Origin: Patescibacteria group bacterium
GTDB taxonomy: Bacteria > Patescibacteriota > Patescibacteriia > Magasanikbacterales > JBBTQS01
Direction of reading: 5' to 3'
Length of the DNA stretch: 64,000 nucleotides
Assembly (NCBI GenBank): GCA_038065555.1
Contig: JBBTQS010000004.1
Coordinates: forward strand, 65-64,064
Each line of letters starts with the position of its first letter. The stretch's first letter is position 1. The translations under genes and the position numbers were made by a program. The notes under the pieces are model-generated. The model was not told the origin of the DNA and did no database searches. It saw only the letters and a program-made list of their open reading frames with translations. Shown in pieces: positions 17,581-27,300 of the stretch.

Positions 17581-19602
17581 TTACTGGACAGGAGTTGGGG
17601 CTGGCGCGACGGGGGTAGAGGTCGAGACTGGAGTCAATGCAGAGTATGGCTGAGAGACCGTGCCACTTGCCTGTGCTGCCTTGAGCTCATCTGGAGTCAC
17701 ACCGACGAAGCAGATACGTGGAAGCGGACGATATGTCGAAGGGAACGCACGCTGATCAACTTTGCCGTCAGGACGCTCGATGAAGTAATCGAATGTTGTC
17801 TGTGCGCCGCGATACGAAATCTGACAGTGTGTTTTGCCTGGCGCAAGATCGGTTGTCTTCACACTGCGCGTCTCACCTGGATTAATCCACTTCAACACGG
17901 TTGGCGGTGTGTAGTATGCCTTGCGTCCATCACTTGTGCCCCACAAATAATATTTGAGCGTCACGTTGGGAACATCAACTTCGGTGGTGAGCAGTAGCGA
18001 GTGCCCCGTGTCATTGATGAACTTCAAATCACGCGATGGATCGAAGATCGTTGCGTCGGTTCCTGGATTGCCGTTAGTAAGATCGTTGTAATAACTCACC
18101 ACGAGAGAATGGTTGTAGCGCTCCGAAATATTGAGCCCTGAATTCATGGCTGCACGAAATGCAGTAGAACCAATCTGGCACAATCCACCACCGACGTCTT
18201 TTTCAATTTTGTCACCCTTGATCACGTATTCTGGGACGTATCCATTTGCAAGGGTAATCGGACGAAGTGCAGCAACAAGGGAGAATTCCTCGCCTGGACC
18301 GATCAACAATCCGTGGAGCTTGTCACTGGCATTCTGAATATTCTTGATGCGATCAGGAGAGCTGTGTACGAACTTCGACACACCAACACCGAGCAAATCC
18401 TGAATACCAAGTTGGTTGGTATCTGCGGTGCGAATGGTTGGCTGTTGCTGCACCACTACTAATGTAATTGTTGTCGTTGCCTGAACATTTCCCGCTGCAA
18501 TATCACGCATGCGCTCATTGAGCACCAAATACATCGAATCACGATCGATCGTTCGACCGACCACTGCTGGCTGGAACTGCGTCACGCGCTTGGTTGTCTC
18601 ATCAATAGCGAATCGTGCGTCCTTCGGTTCCATTTCAATTCCCGTGGCGATCTGACCAATACGATCCTCGAATGCACTTCGAGAAATACCGAGCGTCACT
18701 TCACCTGCCGGGCGCTTCTGGACTTCCAGCCATCCGCGATTATCTGCTTCGGTGATGGGCCACGATTGCATCTTGCTCGTTGTTGAGGAAGACTCGCCTG
18801 AGAACGTGAGTGTTGCTACAGCACCACGTGCGACGTCTGCTGCGCGCGCAACCATTTGTGTTGCATCTGCCATTGTAATGACAGGCGACTTCTCGACACG
18901 TGGAATATCAATCTGTCGGAACTGCAACTGACTGACTTGGCGTGCAACCTCGGCGACAGCGTATTCATATGCGAACTCTTCGCCAGCTACTTCTGGAATC
19001 GCATACGCAGCACCATCGATTCCAAATGCCACCGTTGCATTACGCATAGGTGTTTCGTACGACTGTGCATTGGCATGCAGTACATCGAGCAATACTTCTG
19101 GATGCACCGTGGCGACTACAGGAACACGCACACCCTTGGTGCTGGAATTCCAGACGACTCGCAGTCTATTCCAGAATGATCCGCTGCGCCCGACCGCATA
19201 CGCGCGAGCAACTGTGGCGTCAGCATCAATATCTGCAAAAGGCACACTCGTCTCCGTTGATGCACCAAACACCATTGGCAACGAGGTGAAAGAACGCACA
19301 CTCCCCGCTCCATCACGCACTAAAAATGTAAATCCATTATTTGCGAGCGCCACGTCTTGCGCTCGAATCTGCGCTTCTACTTCTGCTCGAGTCAATCCAC
19401 CTACTGCGTACACTCCAACAGAGACGCCAGGGTACATTCGACCTTCGTAATACAATTCATACAGCGCCGGTGCCGAAGCAACAAGACCGACCAACACTAC
19501 AAATACGCCACCGAGAATAAAATACAACAACCGCCGAGGTGATCTCGGCGCGCGAGGTGTTTGTGTCTGCTGTTCTTCTCCTACGGTATTGGTGTGCTCC
19601 AC
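17581..19602 (-). CDS. VanW-family protein with N-terminal TM and PG-binding-like domains
   Basis: GPGEEFS, GGGLCQIGST, ERYNHS, GTDATI..P..DLKFINDTG motifs. Confidence 0.9.
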   Translation of the reverse strand: MEHTNTVGEEQQTQTPRAPRSPRRLLYFILGGVFVVLVGLVASAPALYELYYEGRMYPGVSVGVYAVGGLTRAEVEAQIRAQDVALANNGFTFLVRDGAGSVRSFTSLPMVFGASTETSVPFADIDADATVARAYAVGRSGSFWNRLRVVWNSSTKGVRVPVVATVHPEVLLDVLHANAQSYETPMRNATVAFGIDGAAYAIPEVAGEEFAYEYAVAEVARQVSQLQFRQIDIPRVEKSPVITMADATQMVARAADVARGAVATLTFSGESSSTTSKMQSWPITEADNRGWLEVQKRPAGEVTLGISRSAFEDRIGQIATGIEMEPKDARFAIDETTKRVTQFQPAVVGRTIDRDSMYLVLNERMRDIAAGNVQATTTITLVVVQQQPTIRTADTNQLGIQDLLGVGVSKFVHSSPDRIKNIQNASDKLHGLLIGPGEEFSLVAALRPITLANGYVPEYVIKGDKIEKDVGGGLCQIGSTAFRAAMNSGLNISERYNHSLVVSYYNDLTNGNPGTDATIFDPSRDLKFINDTGHSLLLTTEVDVPNVTLKYYLWGTSDGRKAYYTPPTVLKWINPGETRSVKTTDLAPGKTHCQISYRGAQTTFDYFIERPDGKVDQRAFPSTYRPLPRICFVGVTPDELKAAQASGTVSQPYSALTPVSTSTPVAPAPTPVQ

Positions 19603-19611
19603 AGGCTTGGA

Positions 19612-20031
19612 TTATGCTTCGTCAATTATTTCGATTGGAATCTCGGCTGAGGCGCGCACGACCGGGATGCGGATTGTCAGAATCCCATTCTTGATCGTCG
19701 CCTTGGATTTGTCCTTGGACACCTCTACCGGCAAAATGATACTTCGCGAGAACGCGCCCCAAAAGCACTCTTGGTAGAAATACTCATGCGACTTAGCTTC
19801 GGTCTGCTGTTGGCGAGCTCCGCGTATCGTCACCATATCGTGGTCAATCGAAACCGACAAGGTCTCTGGATCTGCGCCAGCGATTGGCGCCACGATCACG
19901 AGTTCATTCCCCACCTTCGCCACATCTACTGCAAGCTCTCCTTCAGGTGCAACATGATGCCACGCGAATTCGCGCCGAGGTGCAGCGTTGACATTGATGG
20001 CCTTAGCGTTTGCGCGCAGAAATCGTGGCAT
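19612..20031 (-). CDS. Hsp20/alpha-crystallin small heat-shock protein
   Basis: GELAVDV, ECFWGAFSRSIILP, ATIKNGILTIRIP. Confidence 0.93.
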   Translation of the reverse strand: MPRFLRANAKAINVNAAPRREFAWHHVAPEGELAVDVAKVGNELVIVAPIAGADPETLSVSIDHDMVTIRGARQQQTEAKSHEYFYQECFWGAFSRSIILPVEVSKDKSKATIKNGILTIRIPVVRASAEIPIEIIDEA

Positions 20032-20173
20032 ACGTAATCGTCAAAAGGTACAAAAGTACGGCCAGATGCAGGTGTGTTGAGGATTCCATCCCCAAAAAAC
20101 TCCCGTCGATGGCAACTACATACCCAAAGGTAAAAAGCACGGCAAGCCAAAATGGAATGAAGACGAACTGCAT
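20003..20173 (-). CDS. Small membrane protein (56 aa)
   Basis: Two hydrophobic segments; TATACT 8 nt before ATG; overlaps hsp20 start. Confidence 0.45.
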   Translation of the reverse strand: MQFVFIPFWLAVLFTFGYVVAIDGSFLGMESSTHLHLAVLLYLLTITYATISARKR

Positions 20174-20278
20174 ATGCGCATAGTATACCCCACGAGGCAG
20201 GCTCTTGCCAAGAATACGCAAGTGTGATGAGATCATCGACTATGCGCCGGAAACCACCACATTATTCCGACAAAATCT

Positions 20279-20902
20279 ATGCAACCACCACGAGTACTGC
20301 CAGCGGGTCACCGCGTGGCTGTTTTTGATTTCGAGCACACATTGTTTGCCATGCGTCGATTCTTGCGTGAGCAGGTTTTTGAGGCGCTTGTGCCACTAGG
20401 AATGAGCGCGAAGCAATTTGCTACACACTATCGCGCACTCGCGAACACGTACCAAGAACGATTGATCCCGCGTGGACTCTGTCGTCGTCTTGCCAAGGAA
20501 TGCGGCACATCGATTCTGCAAATCGAAGTCGCGATTGCGGAACGCCTCTTCAGTCCTGCAGCGCGCGACTACCTCTCACACCACATCAACCAACTCGTCG
20601 CACGCGCACGCATGTCACACGATCGGCTTCTCCTCATGTGTGACGGATCAGAACCGTACAAACAAAACTGGCTCCGTCATGTTGGTATCTACTCCTGGTT
20701 CAATCCCGAAGAAATCATTCTCGCGCGTAGCAAACGTGTTGCGCTCCAACACCATCTAGGCCCCGTGTCTCACGTCACCATGGTGTCTGGATATCAGCGA
20801 GACGCCCGAGACCTCGCAGCCGTGATCAACAAACGCGGTGCAGCAGTACTGCCCATCGTTACTAGACACGAGACACTAGACCGCGCAATCGAACTTTTGT
20901 AG
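20279..20902 (+). CDS. Degenerate HAD-superfamily protein
   Basis: VAVFDFEHTLF resembles HAD motif I; later motifs decayed. Confidence 0.6.
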   Translation: MQPPRVLPAGHRVAVFDFEHTLFAMRRFLREQVFEALVPLGMSAKQFATHYRALANTYQERLIPRGLCRRLAKECGTSILQIEVAIAERLFSPAARDYLSHHINQLVARARMSHDRLLLMCDGSEPYKQNWLRHVGIYSWFNPEEIILARSKRVALQHHLGPVSHVTMVSGYQRDARDLAAVINKRGAAVLPIVTRHETLDRAIELL

Positions 20903-20995
20903 ATGCAAAAAATATGCACAGCCCTTGTTTGACACTGCAAAAACCCAGGCGTACAATTCCGTGGTCAATCCCCAACTTCTGCCAAGGAGGCACCT

Positions 20996-21829
20996 GTGGG
21001 AAGTAGCGCCAATGGTTTCCAACCCGTCGTTGCGATCACCGATGTTCGTCACTTCCACCGGAGGTCTCGACTCAATACGATCGTCGACGAGATTACGAAG
21101 ATCCCGAGCACGCCAGTGTTCAAGCTGACGGCTCTCGAATCGCGTCTCGCGTCGATGCAGATCGACACGTACACACACCTCGCACTCCAACTGCACCACG
21201 CGATGACTCTCGGCAATGTCGGTGAGGCTATCGTCGTGGTGTACGAGGACTTCGCGACGGACGAGCAAGACGTCGTCGCTCGACTGCGATCTGCACAGCC
21301 CGGACTCGCCAACATGCGATTCCACATGTACCGTCACACCGAGGTACGTAAAGGACTCCAAGAAGGTCGGACTATCGTGGTTCGGTGCATGGATACGCGT
21401 GGTTCTGTGAACGGCTCACTGACTGTCGCAGAGCGCGTCCAACACCACCTCCAGTTGCCGGAGACTCCGTATGTCTTCGCACAAGCTGGCGGGTCGGGCA
21501 TCGCAGACCCCTACGAACGCGAGATCTCACTGCGTCATCTGGGCCAGATGGTGCTAAAGGTCAGACCAGCAAAGATCGTGCTCACGGTTCACGAGCGCTG
21601 CGCTCGCATGTTCGGCGCACAGAAGGACATCGTCCCCCTGTGCACACAACACGAACAGCTCAGCGCCAGCAGCCTCAGCTACCGCAAGGGAGTCGAAACC
21701 CTGTTGCGCAACATGGGGCACACCTGTGAGATCATCGAGCTGCTCCACGAGACCGACGCATCCCACATGCACAGACTCGTAGACATCCCGCGCGACACCA
21801 CGTTCACGTCTCACGCACACGCTGCGTAG
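20996..21829 (+). CDS. Hypothetical protein with C-terminal beta-carbonic-anhydrase-like motifs
   Basis: VVRCMDTR, AGG, VLTVHERC; AAGGAGG SD with GTG start; promoter TTGACA-N17-TACAAT at 20929-20957. Confidence 0.6.
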   Translation: MGSSANGFQPVVAITDVRHFHRRSRLNTIVDEITKIPSTPVFKLTALESRLASMQIDTYTHLALQLHHAMTLGNVGEAIVVVYEDFATDEQDVVARLRSAQPGLANMRFHMYRHTEVRKGLQEGRTIVVRCMDTRGSVNGSLTVAERVQHHLQLPETPYVFAQAGGSGIADPYEREISLRHLGQMVLKVRPAKIVLTVHERCARMFGAQKDIVPLCTQHEQLSASSLSYRKGVETLLRNMGHTCEIIELLHETDASHMHRLVDIPRDTTFTSHAHAA

Positions 21830-21840
21830 GCACAACCCAG

Positions 21841-21925
21841 AGACCACAGTCCGGATGAACGAGAACACTCGTTGCACCGGCTGTGGTCTTCTGCTTTTGA
21901 CAACTCGCAACCTTGCTCCTACACT
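21841..21925 (+). promoter_or_regulatory. Terminator-like hairpin abutting sigma70 promoter
   Basis: AGACCACAG..CTGTGGTCT stem, then TTGACA(21897)-N17-TACACT. Confidence 0.65.
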
Positions 21926-21952
21926 GAGCGCATATTCATTTCTTCCTGGCGT

Positions 21953-23011
21953 ATGCCCAACAAGATCGCTCAGTTCGTTCTCGAGCGCAACAACGAGCAA
22001 AGCACCGCATTTAGCAGCCCCGACGCATCCCTTGCTCGACGCAAATACCGCAGTTTGCACCCGACCGAAATCGCAGCACTCAAGTGCATGGATGGCCGTC
22101 TCAACCTCGCAGTCATTACGCAGACTCCAGTAGGTATCATCCAACCGTTTCGCAATATCGGCGGCAAATTCGATATGGGATGGCCATACTTCGGTCGTCT
22201 GATGCTCGAGTGGGTTGATTACGCGGTGAGCAAAGGACGCAACGCGCTCCTCCTCATCACCTACCACTACTCCAAAGGCGACACACATCGCGGATGCAAA
22301 GGATTCGGATACGACACCGATGCTGCCCGCGTGTACACCGCGAATCTCAAGAAGCAAGCTGAAGCAGTATTTGGATTTGGCCATGCTGTTGTCTACCCAA
22401 TTCAGGTAGGTATCGAGACTGACGACGACGGACTCATTGTGCACAGCCAAGACGGTCGCACCCTCGATATGTCCGAAGTTGGTGACATCACTGAGGACGA
22501 ATTGCGTGCACGCATTATTCGATTGTTCCCAGACATGCAGATGCAGGTCGTGGATGATTTGCTCGCATTGCTTCTGGGCAACCACAACCACATCAAGGCA
22601 GTTCGTGCGATGCAGCGCCCTGTTGCAGACGTCGAGCACAAGGAGCAGATTCTCGCCATTGGTCGCGGATTCGACTGGCTCCACTTGCTCAACAAGGCAT
22701 TCATCATCGGTCCGTACGACACGGATTTGGTCAAGCCAATTGCAACCGCATCCAAGTTGCTCCTCGACAATCTCAACGCAGGACGCATTCCAAAAGAAGA
22801 AGGTCTGCTCATCATGATTGGCACTGCATATCGCTACGAAGCAGGTCCAGAAAAACCATGGGCAATTGAAAAAGCAAAGACTCTTGCTCATTTCACCATG
22901 GCAGTAATTCAGGACCACGCACCCGAACTCCTCGATCATGCACAGGTTCTTGTGGGCGCAGTCAATCAGAACACTCGCGTGTTCAATCAGATCACCATTA
23001 GCAAATATTGA
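21953..23011 (+). CDS. CsoSCA-like (beta-class) carbonic anhydrase
   Basis: CMDGR and HYSKGDTHRGC Zn ligands with CsoSCA-type H-x9-C spacing; C-terminal HKEQILAIGRGFDWLH. Confidence 0.75.
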   Translation: MPNKIAQFVLERNNEQSTAFSSPDASLARRKYRSLHPTEIAALKCMDGRLNLAVITQTPVGIIQPFRNIGGKFDMGWPYFGRLMLEWVDYAVSKGRNALLLITYHYSKGDTHRGCKGFGYDTDAARVYTANLKKQAEAVFGFGHAVVYPIQVGIETDDDGLIVHSQDGRTLDMSEVGDITEDELRARIIRLFPDMQMQVVDDLLALLLGNHNHIKAVRAMQRPVADVEHKEQILAIGRGFDWLHLLNKAFIIGPYDTDLVKPIATASKLLLDNLNAGRIPKEEGLLIMIGTAYRYEAGPEKPWAIEKAKTLAHFTMAVIQDHAPELLDHAQVLVGAVNQNTRVFNQITISKY

Positions 23012-23036
23012 CAGAGTCTCTACGATCCCTTATATT
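23008..23036 (+). promoter_or_regulatory. tRNA-Glu promoter
   Basis: TTGACA-N17-TATATT. Confidence 0.7.
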
Positions 23037-23048
23037 GGGGTCGTAAAC

Positions 23049-23123
23049 GTCGCTATCGTCTAATGGTTAGGACGCTAGGTTTTCATCCTGGAAATCGGGG
23101 TTCAATTCCCCGTAGCGATACCA
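23049..23123 (+). tRNA. tRNA-Glu (TTC)
   Basis: Cloverleaf GTCGCTA...TAGCGAT, anticodon arm CTAGG-TT-TTC-AT-CCTGG, GGTTCAATTCC, encoded CCA. Confidence 0.95.
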
Positions 23124-23273
23124 AGAAAGAGTACCCGTTCGAGGGTACAACGTCCCCAGCCCTCCCGGGCTGGGGCGTTTCGTTCTCGGCTTGGTAGAGA
23201 CATTCCTCTTGCTCAGACGTGCAGTCGCTACCTTCGCCTCCGAAGGCCCCTCGAACGGGTACTCTTTCTTGGT
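23120..23273. repeat. Structured element family B, copy 3
   Basis: 26-bp perfect IR (23120-23145 / 23248-23273) starting in the tRNA ACCA end; core GTAC..CCCTCCCGGG..CTCGG..CCTCCGAAGGC. Confidence 0.88.
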
Positions 23274-23321
23274 GCGTATGTGGCGTTGCCAATTCCTCTG
23301 TCTGTGTTAGGATTCTTGGGT

Positions 23322-24332
23322 ATGTATATCCTTGGTATTGAGACATCTTGTGATGACACTGCGGCTGCACTCGTGACTCAACGAGGGGGTCGATTTGTTG
23401 TGGAGCGGAGTTGTGTGTCTTCGCAGATTGATATTCACAAAATTTATGGTGGTGTCGTGCCAGAGATTGCAGGGCGCAAACATGCGGACTCGATTATCCC
23501 TGTAATCCGTGAGGCGCTGGGCAACACTCGACCTGATGCCATTGCAGTGACTGCAGGTCCAGGTCTTGTTACTTCGTTGGTTGTAGGCGTCGAAGCTGCG
23601 CGCGCATTGTCCTATGCATGGGGTGGTGTACCGATCGTCCGCACCAACCACATCGAAGGTCACATCTATTCCACGCTGCTGGGAGAAACCGCACCGACAG
23701 AGATCGCCTTCCCTGCTATGGCGCTGATTGTCTCTGGAGGACACACGGAGCTCATTCTCATGCGCGGACATGGCGACTACACGCTCATCGGGCGCACGCG
23801 AGACGACGCTGTTGGCGAGTGCTTCGACAAGGCAGCGAAAGTCATGGGGCTGGAATATCCAGGTGGACCGAAGATCAGCAAGCTCGCGCTCGAAGGCAAG
23901 CGCGACGCGATCGCATTCCCCCGCCCAATGAAGACGAGTGATGATTTTGATTTTTCTTTCGCTGGACTGAAGACTTCTGTGCTGTATTATTTGCGAGACA
24001 ATCCCACAGCAAATCATGCAGACGTCTGTGCGAGTTTCGAGCAAGCGGTGACTGACGTACTTGTTGCAAAGACCGTACGTGCAGCGCAGGAGTATAACAC
24101 CGCATCAGTGATTCTCTCCGGCGGAGTGAGCGCCAACCGCTACTTGCGCGAAGGATTACGCGCAGCGTTGGTGCGTGAGCTTCCCGAGTGCGCTGTGCTT
24201 ATCCCAGAGCTTCAATACACCACAGACAACGCCGCAATGATTGCGGCTGCCGGATGGTTCCATGCACAAAACAAAGACTACACACAGTGGAGTGCGATTA
24301 CAGCTGATCCTGCGTGGGAATTGGTGAACTAG
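23322..24332 (+). CDS. tsaD: tRNA threonylcarbamoyltransferase
   Basis: ILGIETSCDD, GGVVPE, NHIEGH, VSGGHT, DDAVGECFDK, TDNAAMI. Confidence 0.98.
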   Translation: MYILGIETSCDDTAAALVTQRGGRFVVERSCVSSQIDIHKIYGGVVPEIAGRKHADSIIPVIREALGNTRPDAIAVTAGPGLVTSLVVGVEAARALSYAWGGVPIVRTNHIEGHIYSTLLGETAPTEIAFPAMALIVSGGHTELILMRGHGDYTLIGRTRDDAVGECFDKAAKVMGLEYPGGPKISKLALEGKRDAIAFPRPMKTSDDFDFSFAGLKTSVLYYLRDNPTANHADVCASFEQAVTDVLVAKTVRAAQEYNTASVILSGGVSANRYLREGLRAALVRELPECAVLIPELQYTTDNAAMIAAAGWFHAQNKDYTQWSAITADPAWELVN

Positions 24333-27300
24333 TGGTAAGCAGCGCACGCACGGCTACTTGCGTAGCTTCATCCCACATAATCCGATACCCAGTAATCACC
24401 TTTTGCCCACCGACCTCGAGTACGACTTGGTGATCGCCTAGATTATTTGCAAAAAATGTTTTGAGTGCTGATTTCATCTCAGGAGTTGCCTCCGCTGGGA
24501 TGGTAATGACTGCTTGAGGAAGTGGTGCAGGTGGCTCTGGTGCGCGATATGGCTCAGGCTCTGCAGGCGCGGGCAGTGGGGCGTCAGACGTGGACTTCTT
24601 CGCAGTGCGAGTATAGGTTGGTTTCACTTCTACACCACCTGTCAGTTGTGCAACGACACCATCCATGGTTTCTTCGGTGAGTTCGTACGCTTTTTCTACC
24701 ATGAGTTTGTTGTCCCCGGCTTCCTTGCCTTTGCGACCCATGACAGCGACAATCTTGCCGACGACCCAGAGGCCTTCAGTTCCTTCATACGCCTTTGGGA
24801 ATACAAGGAGCTCCATGGATCCATGCACGTCTTCGACAGTTACAAATGCCATCACCTTTCCTTTTTGAGTGATTTTCTTTTTCATGAGACGAACAATGCC
24901 GGCGATGGTCACCCACGCACCAGGCTCCTTCGCCTCCACATCCGGAATGGAGACGAGCATGCGTCCGATGCGCTTCTCGTACACCGTGAGTGGATGACCT
25001 GAGATATACAATCCGAGCAATTCCTTCTCCCATCCGAGACGTTCGTTGTCCGAAGCCGCAGGAGCCTCCGCAAGTGCCACCTTGGTCGCGAGCTCCATAC
25101 CGCTGCCGAAGAACAACGACTCCTGATTTGTCGTTGCACGCACCGCAGACTCTTTGCAAAACGTAATGATACTCTCAATGTTGCTGAGCAATAATCCGCG
25201 TTCATACCCAAAACAATCAAGCGCACCCACCTTGATGAGCGACTCGAGTGATTTGCGATTCATGTCGCGATCATGCACGCGGTCAAGCAAATTCTCGAGT
25301 GACGTGAACGGTCCATTCTCTCGGCGCTCACGAATAACTACCTGACAAATATGCTCACCCACGTTCTTCACCGCAGAGAGTCCGAATCGAATTTGCATCG
25401 GCGTGCCATCTGATCCAGTCGATACCACGGTGAACTTCTCAAACGACTCGTTAATGTGCGGAGCAGATACTTCGATATCCATGCGACGACACTCTGCAAC
25501 AATCGACGCGATCTTGTCGTTGTCACCTGTCTCAGCTGTGAGCACCGCTGCCATGTAACACACAGGATAGTGCGCCTTGAGATACGCTGTCTGATACGCA
25601 ACAACGGCGTAGCTGGCAGCATGCGCCTTGTTGAACCCATAGGCCGCAAACGGCTCGATGAGTTTCCAAATTTCTTCTGTTTTTTCTTTCGTGAGGCCAC
25701 CGTACTCCACACAGCCTTTCACGAACTTCTCCTTCTGCTGTGCCATCTCCTCGGGAATTTTCTTACCCATGGCCTTACGCAATTTGTCGGCGTCGAGCCA
25801 CGAGTAGTGCGCGAGTGTGATAGCCGTGAGCATTACGTCGTCCTGGTACACCATGATACCGAAGGACTTGTCCATGACAGCTTCAAGTCGTGGATCCATG
25901 TACATGACTGGCTTGCGACCATGCTTGCGCTCGATGTACTCGGGAATGGACTCCATCGGACCAGGGCGAAAGAGCGCCACCATAGCCATGATGTCGAAGA
26001 TCGTAGACGGGCGCAGATCCTTGAGATAGCGCGTCATGCCTGAACCCGAGAGCTGGAACACACCCATCGTCTCACCACGCGCGAGCATCTCATACGTCAG
26101 CTTGTCGTCGAAAGGCAACTTCATGATGTCGATCTTCTCTCCATGAATTTGATCGATGAGCTGCACCGCATTTCCAAGAATGGAGAGATTGCGAATACCA
26201 AGGAAGTCCATCTTGAGCAATCCCGCGGCTTCGACAGATTTCATTTCGTACTGCGTCGTGATCTTGTCTCCACCAACTTCACGCTGGATTGGAGTGAAGT
26301 CTGTGAGCGTGGTTGCAGCGATGACCACACCCGCCGCGTGAATCGATGTATGACGCACATTACCTTCGATCTTTTGCGCGATCGTGAGGAGACGCTGTAC
26401 ATCTTCGTTGGCATCGAAGAGTTTCTTGAGATCTGGCGCCTCCTTGAGCGCGCGCTCAATCGTCATCGGGAATCCTTGCGCACCAATTGGAATGAGCTTC
26501 GCCACCTGGTCACAAAAGTTGTACGAGAGTCCGAGCGCTCGACCTGCATCACGCGCTGCAGCGCGCGCAGCCATGGTTCCAAACGTGAGAATTTGTGCCA
26601 CTTTGTCCGCGCCATACTTGCGTGTCACGTATGCGTGCACTTCATCACGTCGATCGTCGGCAAAGTCCGTATCAATATCCGGCGCACTCGGACGCTCTGG
26701 GTTCAAGAAACGTTCAAACGGCAATTTGAAATACAACGGATCTACCGTCGTGATATTGAGTGCGTAAGACACGAGCGATCCAGCAGCCGAACCACGAGTG
26801 GTTTCGACAATGCCATTATCACGCGCCCACTGCACATAATCCGCTACAGCAAGGAAATACGCTGCGTACCCCTTCGTCTTGATGATATCAAGCTCGTACC
26901 GCGCACGCGCACGCACATCATCAGTGAGCTCCATGAGTGCAGGCAACCGCGCCCACGTCTGATCCTCGAGCTCCTGATCTGCAGTCTTGCCCTCAGGAAT
27001 CGGAATTGGCGGGAAGAACCATTGACCCAATGGAATCTCTACGTTGCACGCATCCACAATTCGCTGCGTGTTGTCGATCGCCTCAGGTACATGCCCAAAC
27101 CGACTGCGCATGTCAGCTTCATCATTGAGCGAGCGATCCACATGCAACATCTTCGCACGCGACGGATCACTCACCTGCCGACCCATGCGAATACACGTCA
27201 CAATATCTTGCGCCTCACTATCTTCGGGATTGAGATAGTGCACATCACGTGTTGCGACAACCGGGACGTTCATGCGACGACCAAGTTCCACAAGTGTGTT

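Noticed and set aside
23120-23273. Hammerhead or HDV-like (theta) ribozyme after tRNA-Glu
   Set aside because: No CUGANGA/GAAA core; the CCCTCCCGGG segment forms a simple hairpin and I could not build the nested double pseudoknot
24298-24332. Convergent 35-bp overlap of tsaD and dnaE 3' ends
   Set aside because: Short tail-to-tail overlaps are ordinary in compact genomes
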